DNA of 63,462 bases, counting the filler, from Kipferlia bialata (taxonomy: Eukaryota): assembly GCA_003568945.1 (NCBI GenBank). It is 3 parts of 3 records of this genome, joined end to end, with 100 filler letters (N's around TTAATTAATTAA, not from the genome) between each part and the next. Parts side by side here need not be neighbours in the genome. Positions count along the whole stretch, not along the records: positions 1 to 28,896 come from BDIP01000021.1; positions 28,997 to 49,220 come from BDIP01000022.1; 1 more part is not named here. One strand, written 5' to 3'. Position 1 is the first letter of the stretch. Each line of letters begins with the position of its first letter. The notes under the pieces are model-generated. The model saw only the letters and a list, made by a program, of their open reading frames with translations, ran no database searches and was not told where the DNA came from. This document shows, one piece after another, positions 12,577 to 32,093 of the stretch. Both the position numbers and the translations under genes were made by a program.

Positions 12577-14141
12577 TTAGGCGGTCCAGGAGTCAAATCC
12601 GAAGGGCATGCCGGTCTCCTCCTCAATGCGGAGCATCTGGTTGAGCTTGGCAGTCCTCTCAGACCTGCAGGGGGCGCCGGTCTTGATCTGGCCAGTGCCA
12701 AGGCCGCACACAAGGTCGGCGATGAACACGTCCTCGGTCTCTCCGGACCTGTGGGAAACCATGACGGACCAGTCGTCGGACATGGCGAGGAGGGTGGCCT
12801 CGATGGCGCCGGTGACGGTACCGACCTGGTTCACCTTGAGGAGGAGGGAGTTGCAGGCCTTCTTGTTGATGGCGTCCTGGACGCGCTCAGCCTGGGACAC
12901 GGTAAGGTCGTCTCCAACGATCTGGGTGGGGAGGCCAGCGGCCTTGACCTTGGCAAGGAGCACAGCGAAGGACTCGAAGTCGTTCTCGTCGAATGGGTCC
13001 TCGATGGAGATGATGGGGAACTCGCGGCACCACTCCATGTACATGTCAGCCATCTCGGCTCCAGAGATCCAGTTGGCCTCCTCGCCCTTGAAGTTGAGGT
13101 TGTACATCTTGGTCTCCTTGTTGTAGAACTCAGAGGCGGCGGTGTCCATGCAGATACCGACCTTGCCCTCGTATCCGGCGACCTTGACGGCCTCCATGAT
13201 GACCTCGAGGGGGGCACGGGGGTTGTTGATGGGGGGGGCAAAGCCACCCTCGTCACCGACAGAGGTGGAGCCGATTCCGTAGGCCTTCTTGAGGATGGAC
13301 TTGAGGTGGTGGTACACCTCAGAGCCCATGCGCATGGCCTCAGCGAAGTCCTTGGCACCGAAGGGAGCAATCATGTACTCCTGGGGGGCGAGGGCGTTAC
13401 CGGCGTGCTTGCCTCCGTTGATGATGTTCATGCAGGGCACGGGGGTGCGCATGACGTCAGTGCGGCCAGAGAGGGCACCGAGGTGGGCGTAGAGGGGCTT
13501 GCCGAGGGCAGCGGCTCCAGCCCTGGCGACGGCCATGGAGATGGGGAGGGCGGCGTTGGCACCGTAGTTGGAGAAGTGGGGGGTTCCGTCGGTCTCAAGG
13601 AGCTTGGCGTCGATAGCCTTCTGGTCGGTCACGTCCATGCCCATAACAGCGGGTCCGAAGACCTCCTCGATGTTCTTGATGGCCTTGAACACGGACTTTC
13701 CGTGCCACTGGGAGGTTCCGTCACGGAGCTCGAGGGCCTCGTGCTCTCCAGTGGAGGCACCAGAGGGGCAAGCAGCGCGGAACATGCCATCCTTGGTGGT
13801 GATGTCCACCTCAGTGGTGGGGTTTCCACGGGAGTCGTAGATCTGACGGGCCTTGATGGCTGAGGTGAGTCGGTGAAACTGTAGACGATACCAAAGAGAA
13901 AGTGGTAACCAATGGGAAGATCAAAGGTGAAAAAGTAGTTTAAATGACGGAATGTGGACACAGGACGACTAGAGTACGAAATATATAGCCACACTGTAAC
14001 GGTAGTAGAAGGAAATATCAACAAACTCGAACTCGGTACTACGCAGTAGAATCCGACTATATCATAGATCTACTACATGTCACTGTATATATATGAGGCT
14101 GTCTATGAGGTTGAAGTAGCCGTACACTGGATGGTGCTCAT
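12577..14141 (-). CDS. ENO: Enolase, 432 aa, 2 exons (14141-14126, 13859-12577)
   Basis: [61 protein letters not shown] and KTGAPCRSER. 266-nt GT-AG intron; strong codon bias. Confidence 0.98.
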
Positions 14142-14145
14142 TGAT

Positions 14146-14202
14146 GGGTGCAAAGAGAGGACTTGATTGGTTTTCGTCGACACTTGATTGGCATATCTGT
14201 TT
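14146..14202 (-). promoter_or_regulatory. Enolase proximal promoter with two CCAATCAAG boxes
   Basis: CTTGATTGG occurs twice on + just upstream of the ATG, and the block is conserved at 23782-23838 upstream of the enolase duplicate. Confidence 0.6.
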
Positions 14203-14434
14203 TAAGAATAACTGTTTGTCCTTCTGGCCCAAATGGATTAAAGTAGCGCATAAGTTCAATTCTCCAGAGAGTGTCCGACTTGGCTCCAGAGGGTCTAGGC
14301 GTGATCGCACAAACTTTAAGCCGCAAACCACTCTATTCGCTGCCAAACCCATTATGAAAGTCACCTCTGTCTTTATGGATATCTCAGGGCAACGGTGATT
14401 GTTAGTGTGACTGGAGTCCCGTTCTCAGCCTGTT

Positions 14435-21346
<6,912 letters not shown>

Positions 21347-21480
21347 ATCACATATAGATCCCATATAGATCACATTAGTTATTGGTTTTTCGACTTGTAT
21401 GTCCAATATCCAATGCACTCTGTATGTAACCAGGTCCAAAACAGTCCATTCTCAGTAACCTCTCTCCATATGGAATTCCT

Positions 21481-22868
21481 CTATCCACCATGGGACACAT
21501 AGCCAAGGCTTCCGCCTGCCTCCAACCCAAATGACCTCGACGCTCCCTTGACACACACCATGCACACACGGGCACCAAGCTCCATCTCGGCCAGGGGGTC
21601 TGTCCCACTGAGACTGACATCTATGTCATCTGGAGCATCACCCTCTGTTACAACCTCCATGTGACCCTGACAAGTAGTATTACTGGAGGGTACACTCTCT
21701 GACACATGGGGGGTGCCAACTGAGACTGCACTAAGACAAGTGTGGCCATGAGTTATGGCTTCATGGATAGCTGTCAAGGCTGGGTCGCTATGCTGTCCCA
21801 TGTCTGTTCCCCCCTGCATCAGGGATAGAGCAGACCCAAGGGCACCCCTCGCTACATACTGACCACTCTTCAGTTGGGCTAGACCCACACTTACACAGTC
21901 CCCATCATATTCATCCGTATCAATACTCCTCTGATGTGCGTCATTAGTCTTAGCATCCGCAGTATTGGTACTCTTACTGTCCACAGAGGAGTGCTGTCCC
22001 CCGGGTCTGATGCATATGTGATGTTGGGCATGCACAGAGTATGAGTGCCCATGCCCACTTAGGAAGGGGGTGGTATAGAATACGGTGACTGAGTCTGACT
22101 CCTGCACCCACCCCTTGGGTATGTGACCCTGCACCACCTGTACCCGGGGGTGTGGCCTGGGGTGTGGCCTGGGTGTCCCCTCGGATACAGAGAAGGAGAG
22201 AGTGGCGGTGGGGTTGAGGGAGGAGTGATACACCCTAGCCAATCCGGGCCCAGACGGGAATAGATGTGAACCCTCCACACTCTCTCCATTATGAGTGAGG
22301 CCTAGTATCTGGGCCCACCTCCTACTAATACTTCCTGAAACTGACACTTCAGGGAGATGAGTGGTCTCCGCTGTCCGGTATATAGACCTGTCCCGTGCCA
22401 CCACACTAACAGACCCCCCAGCCAGTATGTACCCCTTGATGCACTCCCAGGCCACAGTGTCCATACTACAGGGACTAAGGAGGCATATCTGTGCTGAGAG
22501 GTATCACTTTCGGTGGAGTGGGGGGGGGGGGGGCAGATATACTCTTCTGATATTGTTTGGTACACCATATACACACAAGTATGTATTCATATACACCAAC
22601 CTCCAGTTCACAGCTGCTCACCAGTGCTTGGGCAGCTGTCCCCCACAACCTGGTAGTATAAGAACATAATATGAGATTGTATGTTGTGGCTTACCTTTGG
22701 GGACATACAGACGTATATAATACAATGGGAATATATGTGACCACAGGAAATTGGGTGAAACAAATATGGTGGGGAGAAAGACACAAACACTGTTTACAAT
22801 CATGTCCTAAACTTGCTCTCCACGTACGAAACCTGGCGCAAATGACGGCTATCAACGGGTGTTTGCAT
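21481..22868 (-). CDS. Hypothetical protein (large last exon; two short 5' exons tentative)
   Basis: 327-aa ORF at 21481-22464. Phase-compatible upstream exons about 22868-22828 (MQTPVDSRHLRQV) and about 22649-22601. No recognisable domain. Confidence 0.5.
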
Positions 22869-23296
22869 TGTCAGTAAAGAGAATAGAAGGAGAGTGGGGA
22901 ATTAGATTTCTGAAATTGTCATTGGAATAGCTCATTGTCTCTTTCGTGTAGTCTCTGCTTCTTGTTTTTACCTAGTGACTCAAGAGGCATTTCTGGTATC
23001 TATATACATCGAGTCGTCGAAGGAGTACCACTGACCTGTCACTTGGCTAACAATGTCAGAGCTAGTGTTAGTAGTATTCATTCAGTCTAGGGCATACACT
23101 CTAAGCTAATTGGCCAGTTGTTACTGGCCCGGAGCCAGTGGTTCCATCTCTTACTTAAGCACGGTATATATCTCATCACGAAGTCATTGACTTTGTCATA
23201 TTACGACCCTTAGCCACTTTGTCTCCATATCCTAAGCGACGCTGCAAGTTGTTTCTGCATCCTCAGACATGGACGATATAGTTGGCCTTGAGCGTC

Positions 23297-23778
23297 TCAA
23301 GTACAGATATCCGACACGAATCCAACAAGCTCCCAATAGGGTTCCATCAGAGCTTGTCGGAGCTCTAGGGCCTCATGCTCTACAGTGGAGTCACCAGAGG
23401 GGCAAGCAGCACGGAACATGCCATCCTTGGTGGTGATGTCCACGTCGGTGGTGGGTTTTCCACGGGAGTCGTAGATCTGACGGGCCTTGATAGCTGAGGT
23501 GAGCTGGAACTGTAGACGGAGTCGATGAATTAATTGGAAAATGAGTTACGAGTGGTTGAAAAAGGAATCGCACAGGAATCAACCGCACAGTGGTCAGAAT
23601 AACATAATTATGCTGACAAAGGAAGATTATGTATGTGCTGGGGAACGTAAAGAGTGACTTGTAATCGCTTCTTCACTCGCTCCCTATATGTTTAGTCATT
23701 ACATTACTGCGTCATCCAGGGTCTGTTAGAGTCTGTCATAGTCTACATATCACTAGTCTTACCGATGATTGTAGACAT
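23297..23778 (-). pseudogene. Truncated 5' duplicate of enolase (promoter, exon 1, intron and about 45 codons of exon 2)
   Basis: Spliced [54 protein letters not shown] then diverges ([19 protein letters not shown]). Same intron position and phase as enolase (269 vs 266 nt). Confidence 0.9.
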
Positions 23779-24269
23779 ATTGGGTGCAAAGAGAGGACTT
23801 GATTGGTTTTCTTTGAGACTTGATTGGCGTATCTGTTTCGTGGATACAACTCGACTGGTGCGTGATGTGGGACTGTCGTAAACTGGAATATGCAATATAC
23901 AGATACAGAGATTTTGAGTTCAGACTCACAGAGGTTGACGACATTTCGACCGTGTAGTATTTGTTGGTCGGCACTGCCAGTCGGAGGAAGTCAAGACGAA
24001 GGCTCAAACCTCGGTTGTCGACGTACGGAAGCCACAAGAGACTGTTCAGTGTTATACACCGGCATTGCTTATTCATAAAATGTGGACGAGACAAGAGCGT
24101 AACTGACACTTGACCGGAACATAGGTAAAACCTTCTATTGAATCACGACTTATATGCTACAAATACAAATACACCGACAACAAAGTATGTTGAACAAACG
24201 CAGAATATACCAATCACCATGCACTCCTGTAACAGGTGCATCGTGATTATACACCGTATCCATGAGGCA

Positions 24270-25657
24270 TCACCCCAGCCTGACACACGCCAGAGACCCC
24301 AGAAGTATAATGACGACACATACGTCTGGGGGCAGGTGGGAGTAGGGTGCCAGGACGTCCTGGGAGGCCATACCCCCCGATGCCCTGCCTACCACATAGG
24401 ACAGGGTGCCTGCCCGGGTGTCATGCAGCACATCGACATGGTCACCGGTCTGCACACCCTGAAGACAGGGGGTGGAGAGGGGGAGAGACACAGCAGCGGC
24501 TGAGGCACTTGATGTCTCGTTGGTGACATACACAGCCATGAGGTGGGGGGATGCGACCAGGTCACTGAGACACATGGGTGTGTCTGTGACGGTGTCTAGC
24601 AGGGACTGGGGCACCACCCCGACCAGACACGGGCCAGACAGGTCCATGCACACACGCACCCTACAGACCCCAGGACCCCCAACACCTTCAGAACGACACA
24701 CTAACAGAGAGGGCGGGGCACCCTCAGGGCACACGGCCAGTCTGCATGAGTCAGCCAGCCTCACACAGCATCGTGGGTCACCCTTGTCAGATACACTGTC
24801 AGGGACACTGTCAGGGCCTGAGAGGGGGAGGGGCTCTGCGAAGACATGGCGCACAAGGGAGACAGACCGTGAGTACTGGCCCCAGGGGGTGGAGAGAGTG
24901 AGGTCATACACTCCCAAGGGGAGAGAGGCACTGCGGGCGCATGCCTCCAGTACGACAGGAGAGGTGAGGGAGGCATCTGCTGAGCCAGACCCTGGGGCAC
25001 ATACGCTGACGGGTGACACTCTGACTGTGAGGGGACAACCCACCCCCTGCCCCCCCTGCGGGTACCCATGCATGGCCACAGACACCTTGGCCTGGACCTC
25101 CTCGGGACCCCACTCCATGGGGACCTGGGTCCCAATGCGGAAGCGGACAGCAGACACACTCAGGGTGTCAGGAAGGTCCCACACGGGAGGGGGAGGCAGA
25201 ACAGAAGGGAGAGGGGCGGGCACCCTGAATGCCTTGGGCCCTTGGTCTGATATGACACTGCCCCTCAGAGACTGCACATGGGTCAGACCCACACGTCTAG
25301 ACACAGAGGGGGAGGCAGGCACATCGTGGGTGTACTGGTCTGGGGGTCAGAACCAGCTACCCCTAGAACGATCCAGACTCAAGACAGACTACTAATATAT
25401 GCAATACAATCATTGAGGGACTGGTGAGAATGAGTGCACGTACACCTCTTGCCCTTCAGCTCTGCCAGCACGGCATCCCGCTGGGCCAGTAACTTCTCCA
25501 ACTCCTGCCGCCTGTGGGCTAGGCGTTGTCTCTCTCGCTCAATGGAGGCCCTGTGTTCTTGGAACAGATCCCCCTGGCTGGGACCGGCCACATGATGCAC
25601 CCTGTCCCCCCCAGGGCCAGCCGAGGACACAGTCGAGGACACAGGCACCCAGGCCAT
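24270..25657 (-). CDS. Hypothetical protein with N-terminal coiled coil and C-terminal SPRY/B30.2-like region
   Basis: Exon 1 contains IERERQRLAHRRQELEKLL. Acceptor CTGACCCCCAG at 25340 leads into a 350-aa ORF. GDHVDVLHDTRAGTLSYVV resembles SPRY GDV.G..LD...GTLSF. Confidence 0.6.
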
Positions 25658-25836
25658 GGATCAAGGTGCTAGTCCTTGTGGGAATCTTCACAGTCTGTGC
25701 CACGGATGGGTCTATAGAGAGAGCAAGTCAGTGACTCTGGACTTGGGAGAGAACTCAAAAACAAGGGTTCTAGAGCATGACACATGTCATATTGACAGCT
25801 GACAGTTCTTCACCTCAAGCATCAAGGCATATCAAC

Positions 25837-27304
25837 ATGGACCCCGCTGACTTTGAGCAGACAGTAGCCATCATCCCTGAGGCCCATGCCTACAAGGTGA
25901 CTTATGCCGCCATTGTATATTCAGACTCGTCTTGATGTGTTTGTATATGTGATAGTATCATCTATTGAATACTAGTAGGTTGGCGTTCTTCTACAGCTGG
26001 AACGCCAACCCCTGTCCCCACCTGGTTGTACCCCCCACCCCAGGTCCCCCCCATGCGGGATATCCGAGGGTTCCTGTGTGCCGGGTGGAAGGAGGAGGAC
26101 AACATCTTCCGGGGCAGGCTGAGTGTCAAGACAATGGGGGACTCCCTCTCAGTCGAGATGATCAAGCCAGACGGGGCCCTGTTCACAAAGGTACCCAACT
26201 ACGTGTCCGGGGTCTCTAGGAGTCTCTCTCCCTCGATTGTTGGCTGGTATTGGCCTTGCATCTCTCATATACATATTTATATGTCAGCCCAGTCATATGG
26301 GTGGTGTTGTGAGTGTTCCCTTCTCAGGATGGGTCAGTGGCATAATGCAGATGTGTGTTGGGGAGTGTCAGTCTAGCACCGGGGCTATGACTCATTCAGT
26401 GTATCATACACGTGTACTGTATGTGTTGTGCCTCACCCCAGGTCCCTGTCACCTTCGAGGACTTTGCCCCTCTCCTGGAGAAGGCACACGACTCCAGCCG
26501 CTACTTCATCCTGATCGTCAAGGACCAGGCTTCAGGTACCGGGTGCTGTTGGTGCTTGTGAGATATACAATACGTATCATTCGTGTGTCAGGGCAGAGTG
26601 TGACACTCACATTACCTGGTATTCGCGCACATTCCCCTATCCCCCCACCCCCAGGCCGCACTGCCCACATTGGCCTCGGCTTCCCAAGCAGAGAGGACGC
26701 ATTTGACTTCAAGGTGGGAGCGCTGTATATACGGCTATCTATATGTGTACTTCAATGCGTCTGTGATTGTGGCAGTGTCTGTCTCCATCTGCTAGGTGTG
26801 CTAGGTGCCCCATCCCGTAGCCATGCCCTGACCCCAGGTAGCCCTGCAGGACCATGGCAAGTACCTGAGGCGCAAGGAGGCCCCCCCCACCCTCACCATG
26901 CCGACGGAGGACCTGTCCCTCAGATCAGGCCAGACAATCCAGGTACCAGTGGCAGAGTGCTGATATATCTCTGTAGGATCAGTATATGTAGTGCTGGATA
27001 GGTGCACTGTATGGATCAGTTCAGACCAGATATGACCCAAGACTGTGTCTACCTGATGCTGTTATCCTATCTGTCTATACACTGACACTGACCCCAGGTG
27101 AACATCCCCGGCATGCACCGCTCTGCATCTGGGTCGGCCAAGGCCAAGGCAGTCAGCTCCTTTGCCCCTCCCCCAGGCAAGGGCTTTGCCTCCCCCCCCT
27201 CCTTCTCTGCCCCTGCCCCTGCCTCTGGTCAGGACGAGTGGGCCGACTTCACCGCCTCCCCAGCCGACACCACATCCGGCACAGACGACTGGGTGGACTT
27301 CTAA
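25837..27304 (+). CDS. NECAP: NECAP (adaptin ear-binding coat-associated protein), 6 exons
   Basis: YKVPP..RGF, FRGRL, DSSRYFIL, AHIGLGF..REDAFDFKVALQDH, LSLRSGQTI, and C-terminal WADF and WVDF* (WxxF-acidic AP-2-binding motif). Confidence 0.95.
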
Positions 27305-27675
27305 GAGACACACACGAGACGTGGCCCAAGGCCTGATACACTAGGATACTAGATGGCATCCTAGTTTTAGGGCTACTCCTGATAGAGGAGACATATGGGA
27401 GGTGGCGGAAGAATGATTTATTGGGTGGGGTATTGGGTGGTGTACTATTATCGTTTGGGGTCAAGTGACCGCGACCGCTGTATCACCTCCCTTTACTGTC
27501 TTACCTCTGATGCATAGATTTACCTGTGACAGAGTGTGTTACTGACATAGTGTTAGCCTAACAGAGTTATCATGATATGAGTGAGTCTCACTCAGTGAGA
27601 GCAAAATGAGAGTCAGAGACCGTGTTAAAAAATACGAATGGAACACTTGCGGAAGCTTCCTTCTTCAAAGAGATT

Positions 27676-28480
27676 ATGTCAGCTGTTCAGCCAGATTCAC
27701 TCAATACTCTCGATGAGCCTATTTCAGCCACTCTGGTACGTGATTTATCCCTTGTGGTAAAGCAGTAACTGGTCCAGTACTGGCTATCGATGGATGGATG
27801 CAATATGCAGCTTTATGCTTTGTCTAGTCGTCTTCTGCTACTCCTGTGTGGTATTGTGGCCTATGGTCCTCTGCTCCAGTGCACTGTGTCTCATATTCAG
27901 CTTAGAGACCTGAAGGAGATTGGTATGAGGATCAAGCAAGTGCTTTGGCCTTGGTAAGTGTCTCCCCTTCTCTTCCCATTGCAATACAGGGGTTCATGGT
28001 GTGTGTGGTGTATATGCGATAGTGGGCAGCCCTGATACCAGGGGAGACAAGTCCAATGTGCTATCGACCTGGGACCTGTATGGCCCCCTCATCTTCTGCC
28101 TGGTGTACACCCTGTCCATCTCCCTCACCTCCAACAGCGACATGGTCAAGATCTTCACCATTGGATTCACCGTTGTGTTCTTTGGGGCTGTTGTGGTCAC
28201 CCTCAACTCCATGCTGCTGGGTGGCAAGGTGTCCTTCTTCCAGGTGGTCTGTCTGCTGGGCTACTGTGTGTTCCCCTTGGCCATCGGGGCCCTGCTCAAG
28301 GTCATATTCTCCAACGTCTATGTCAGGGCCCTCATCGCCCTCATTGGCGCTGCCTGGGCCGTGTTTGCGTCTGTGGGCTTCTTCGGCATGCTTGTCAAGA
28401 AGGAGCGCAGGCTGCTGGCCATCTACCCCATAGTGCTGTTCTTCGGCGTGCTGGCCTTCTTCATCGTGGTGCCATGCTAG
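27676..28480 (+). CDS. YIPF6: Yip1-domain Golgi membrane protein, YIPF6/Yip4-like
   Basis: NTLDEPISATL|LRDLK, WDLYGPL, LLGGKVSFFQVVCLLGYCVFPL and RRLLAIYP. Confidence 0.92.
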
Positions 28481-28854
28481 ACAGGGCCATGCTAGACACC
28501 CTCGGCTAGCGGTGCGGTGCCTGTTGCATCGTATGTATTTGTCAGTCAGTGAGTGGATGGCATTCTTTCAGTACCCATGTTTCACTGAGTGACATTGTTG
28601 TTATTCTCTTATGCCATAGAGACTTTTCCTGTAGGTTTTATTGTATGTTTCAGCTTGTATCATATGTGTTGGTGTTGTGGCACCAAGAGGACACTGATTC
28701 TCACCATGAGTGGGGTGCTTGGAGTGAATGTCCTCCTCTCTCAATGTCTATGTCTCTATTAGTGGTCTCTGTTTTCTCTGTCCCCATCTATGAGATATGT
28801 ATGGGAAACCAACTCTGGGGGCATCGATCTTAGCCTCCTTAGTCTCTCTCTCTC

Positions 28855-28896
<42 letters not shown>

Positions 28897-28996
28897 NNNN
28901 NNNNNNNNNNNNNNNNNNNNNNNNNNNNNNNNNNNNNNNNTTAATTAATTAANNNNNNNNNNNNNNNNNNNNNNNNNNNNNNNNNNNNNNNNNNNN
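28897..28996. other. Scaffold gap with artificial TTAATTAATTAA spacer
   Basis: N run with a six-frame-stop linker, flanked by poly-C. Confidence 0.97.
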
Positions 28997-29128
28997 TTTC
29001 CCTCCCTCCCCCCCCCCCCCCCCCCCCCCACCCATCTCTAAGTGAGATGGTCTCATTACCCCTCTATCCCCCCAGAGTATCTCAGGTATGTCTCTCTCAC
29101 TCTCTCACCCCCCCCCCTCACCCCCCAG

Positions 29129-31834
29129 AGTATCTCTGCCGTTGCAGCCACCAGAGGCATCCCATACAGTGAGGCAGAGCGGTTGCTGGCAGGTACACAC
29201 ACTCTCTCTCTCTCCAGCCACCCCTCTCTATATCCTCTATTCGTATTCATATCCTGTACTTCACAACTCTCTTTATATATATATATACACACTCTTACCC
29301 CCCAGGCCTCTTCACCTCCCTGGGTGCCAGGTGCGTGCTGTCCGGTGCCACCTTCCAGGCCATGAGTGCATATCTAGAGGCAGACAGGTTCATAGCAGAG
29401 GCCGGAAAGACAAAGTGAGTGGAGACCGTATATACATACCTAGTACATGCACTCCCTTGACTCCCTAGCTTACCCCTAGGCTGCCAGTTGTTGTCTCCCT
29501 GTGCCCCGGTGAGGTTGTATACGCCACCAAGACCAAGAGGAGTCTGCTGCCATACATGAGTGACGTGCCCAGGTACACACATTCACACACACACACCTTC
29601 ATGTATTCAATACGATATGACATGTATGAATGCAGACCATGCCCCCCCTCTCTGTGTATACCCTCACCCCAGCCAGCAGTCTGTGGCTGGCCACTACATC
29701 AAGGCAGGGCTGGTCCCTGGGTGCACAAGCCACATGTCCCTGCAGCCGTGCTTTGACAGGTATATATATATATACACTCACACATATGGATACTATATAT
29801 CATACCCCCCCCCCCTTACCCCCCCAGGAAGCTCGAGGCTGCTGACCCTGCCAATGTGTATGGGTCTACACCCCTGACCGACTTCACCCTATCCACAACT
29901 GAGGCACTGGGACTCATTCAGGTATTCATACAGACACCTATATGTGTGTATGGTGTACTACTCTACTCTTTATGCTGCTCCTCACCACCCAGGAGAGGAC
30001 CGAGGGTGATGCATCCATCCCACCCTGTGACACTGTGGCTGTGGTAGAGGGGGGACAGGCAGAGATGGGCAGCGGGAACAGGTGGGTAGACAGATACTCT
30101 ATTGTATACGAACACTATCCCTCTCTCCCCCAAAATACGATTGTGTGTTTTCATCTGTACATTCATAACCCCCCCCCTCACCCCCAGCATGGGTGGGTAT
30201 GGCGACATGCTGGCTGCCGTCCTGTCCCTCAGGGGCTGGGTGCAGGAGGGGGGCATGGGGGAGTGGCAGAAGGGCAGGAACATGCACTGGCTCGTCAGGT
30301 ATTCATCAGTAGCTATATACACATATATGAATAGTAATGATCTGGCTAGTCAGGTACAAGTATGTCCATGTAACTCTCTCTGTGTTCATACACACACACA
30401 CACAAATATATACATATTTCTCACCGGCTAGGCACGTGTCTCTGACCCCTGACTGTCCCCTAGTCCAGACACTCGGCACAGACACACTCACCCTGGCTAG
30501 GTACATAGATATGTATATGCACTAAATTATATACAGTATGTATGGGTTGGTGTGACCGTCCTTTCTTGGCACAGACACACTCACACTGGCTAGGTATGGT
30601 ACTATATATACAATATACATATATAAGATATGTAGGTAGATATGTGTCATTGCGTGTGTCCTTTCTCTCACCCCCAGGGTCTCCTCCTTCAAGAACACTG
30701 TTAACCTGACCAACGCACTCAAGAGGAAGGAGAAGATACACATGGTGGAGCTAGGTACATACAGCTATTCACTGTACATTCACACACTACATCTCTCTCT
30801 CTATATATATTTCTATTTTCTTACCCCCAGGTGCCTGTCCAGGGGGATGCATCAATGGAGGTGCCCAGCTGGCCCCCGAGAGAGAGAGGGAGTATGACCT
30901 CAGGACACTCAAGGTATATGTGAGAAGAGCATCACTGCATACTCTATATGTATGTGTGTGTATGCCCCTCACCCCCAGGTTGCAGGTGAGGTCCTTGCCG
31001 AGAGGTTTGGGTCAGGCACCGAGGACCAGGACACCTTGGACAGGGCTCTGGCAGAGGGGGCTAGGTATATAGTCTATGAATATATACATATATATATATA
31101 TAGAGAGAGAGAGTAGGACAGTCTAGACAGGGCACTGGCAGAGGGGCAAGGTGGGTGTATATGTATATTGTAGTATATATATATATATATATATATATAC
31201 ATAGAGAGAGAGAGAGAGAGAGTAGGACAGTCTAGACAGGGCATTGGCAGAGGGGAAAGGTGGGTGTATATGTATATTGTAGTATATATATATATATATA
31301 TATATACATAGAGAGAGAGAGAGAGAGAGAGCAGGACACCTTGGACAGGGCACTGGCAGAGGGGGCTAGGTATGGTTCCAATTGTTATACAAGACAGGGT
31401 CACTACAGCAGTATACTCTCTCCCTTCCCCATCCTCACCCAGGTCTGTCATTGACCGTGTGTGCATCATACTCTCTCTCTCCCTCTCTCTCTCTCTCCCT
31501 CTCTCTCTCACCCCAGGTCTGTCATTGACAGGGTGTGCACCGGTCTCAAGGTGGATGCCTCTGCCCTCAGAGTATCCCATGAGTCCAGGAGGGTGCTGTC
31601 CCCAGACGCAGTGGCAGCAGGGTGAGTGGTAGAATGTACATATGCTATATACATATATGGCAAGGTGATTATGTAAATTCATATATTCCTCTCTGCAATA
31701 TCCCCCCCTCACCCCCCGTAAGACTGGGTGAGTGATGATATATATACCGTTATGAGTTCCTCTCTGCTACTATCCTCACCCTCACCCCCAGTAAGACTGG
31801 TGTGCAGGTCAGTCTGGCAGACCTCCAGTGGTAG
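29129..31834 (+). CDS. NAR1: NAR1/NARFL/CIAO3 ([FeFe]-hydrogenase-like CIA factor); 5' end lost in the gap
   Basis: Spliced motifs SLCPGEVVYATK, LLPYMSDVPSQQ, LQPCFDRKLEA, DFTLSTTE, MGGY, SFKNTVNL and VELGACPGGCINGGAQ; ends ...ADLQW* (terminal Trp). Confidence 0.88.
31029..31372 (+). repeat. Four copies of a NAR1 exon end plus donor (GGACA..GACAGGGC..TGGCAGAGGGG..AG|GT)
   Basis: Copies at about 31029, 31115, 31225 and 31334, separated by TA/GA microsatellite. Confidence 0.92.
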
Positions 31835-32093
31835 AGACATTACCGTGACTGGAGGGTAGATGGTGATGATCCCCCCATCAAATGGGTTTAGACTACCGGA
31901 GTAAGGGGACACCAACAGGAATAGGCGGCAGGTGTATAGGGCGCTCCTGAGTCTGACATCCGAAACTGTTGGGCACACATAGTGGTATTTGTCAGTCTGT
32001 GTTGTTTGCACTGTGATGAATAGAACCCAAGTGGTATCAATAAGCCTAATACGTTGACGACCAAGGATACATTGAATGTGAGTAACCACTAAT

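Noticed and set aside
12608..13863. Long + strand ORFs (370 aa and 172 aa) antisense to enolase
   Set aside because: Shadow of strongly biased enolase codons; no independent motifs.
22900..24200. Possible ncRNA or transposon around the enolase duplicate
   Set aside because: No tRNA or snRNA hallmarks, terminal repeats or transposase/RT motifs could be recognised by eye.
24472..25395. 307-aa + strand ORF (also 56736-57824 + and 10338-11057 -)
   Set aside because: Antisense shadows of GC-rich coding exons on the other strand.
28941..28952. TTAATTAATTAA inside N runs (also about 49265)
   Set aside because: Artificial six-frame-stop scaffold linker, not biological.
31029..31372. Repeat-spacer pattern resembling a CRISPR array (also 61436-61730)
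   Set aside because: The repeats are degenerate exon/splice-site copies in eukaryotic introns, the spacers are microsatellite, and there are no cas genes.
29129..31834. True [FeFe]-hydrogenase
   Set aside because: The motifs are Nar1-like (SLCPG, PCFDRKLEA, terminal Trp) rather than TSCCPGW and MPCxxKxxE with the proton-transfer Cys.
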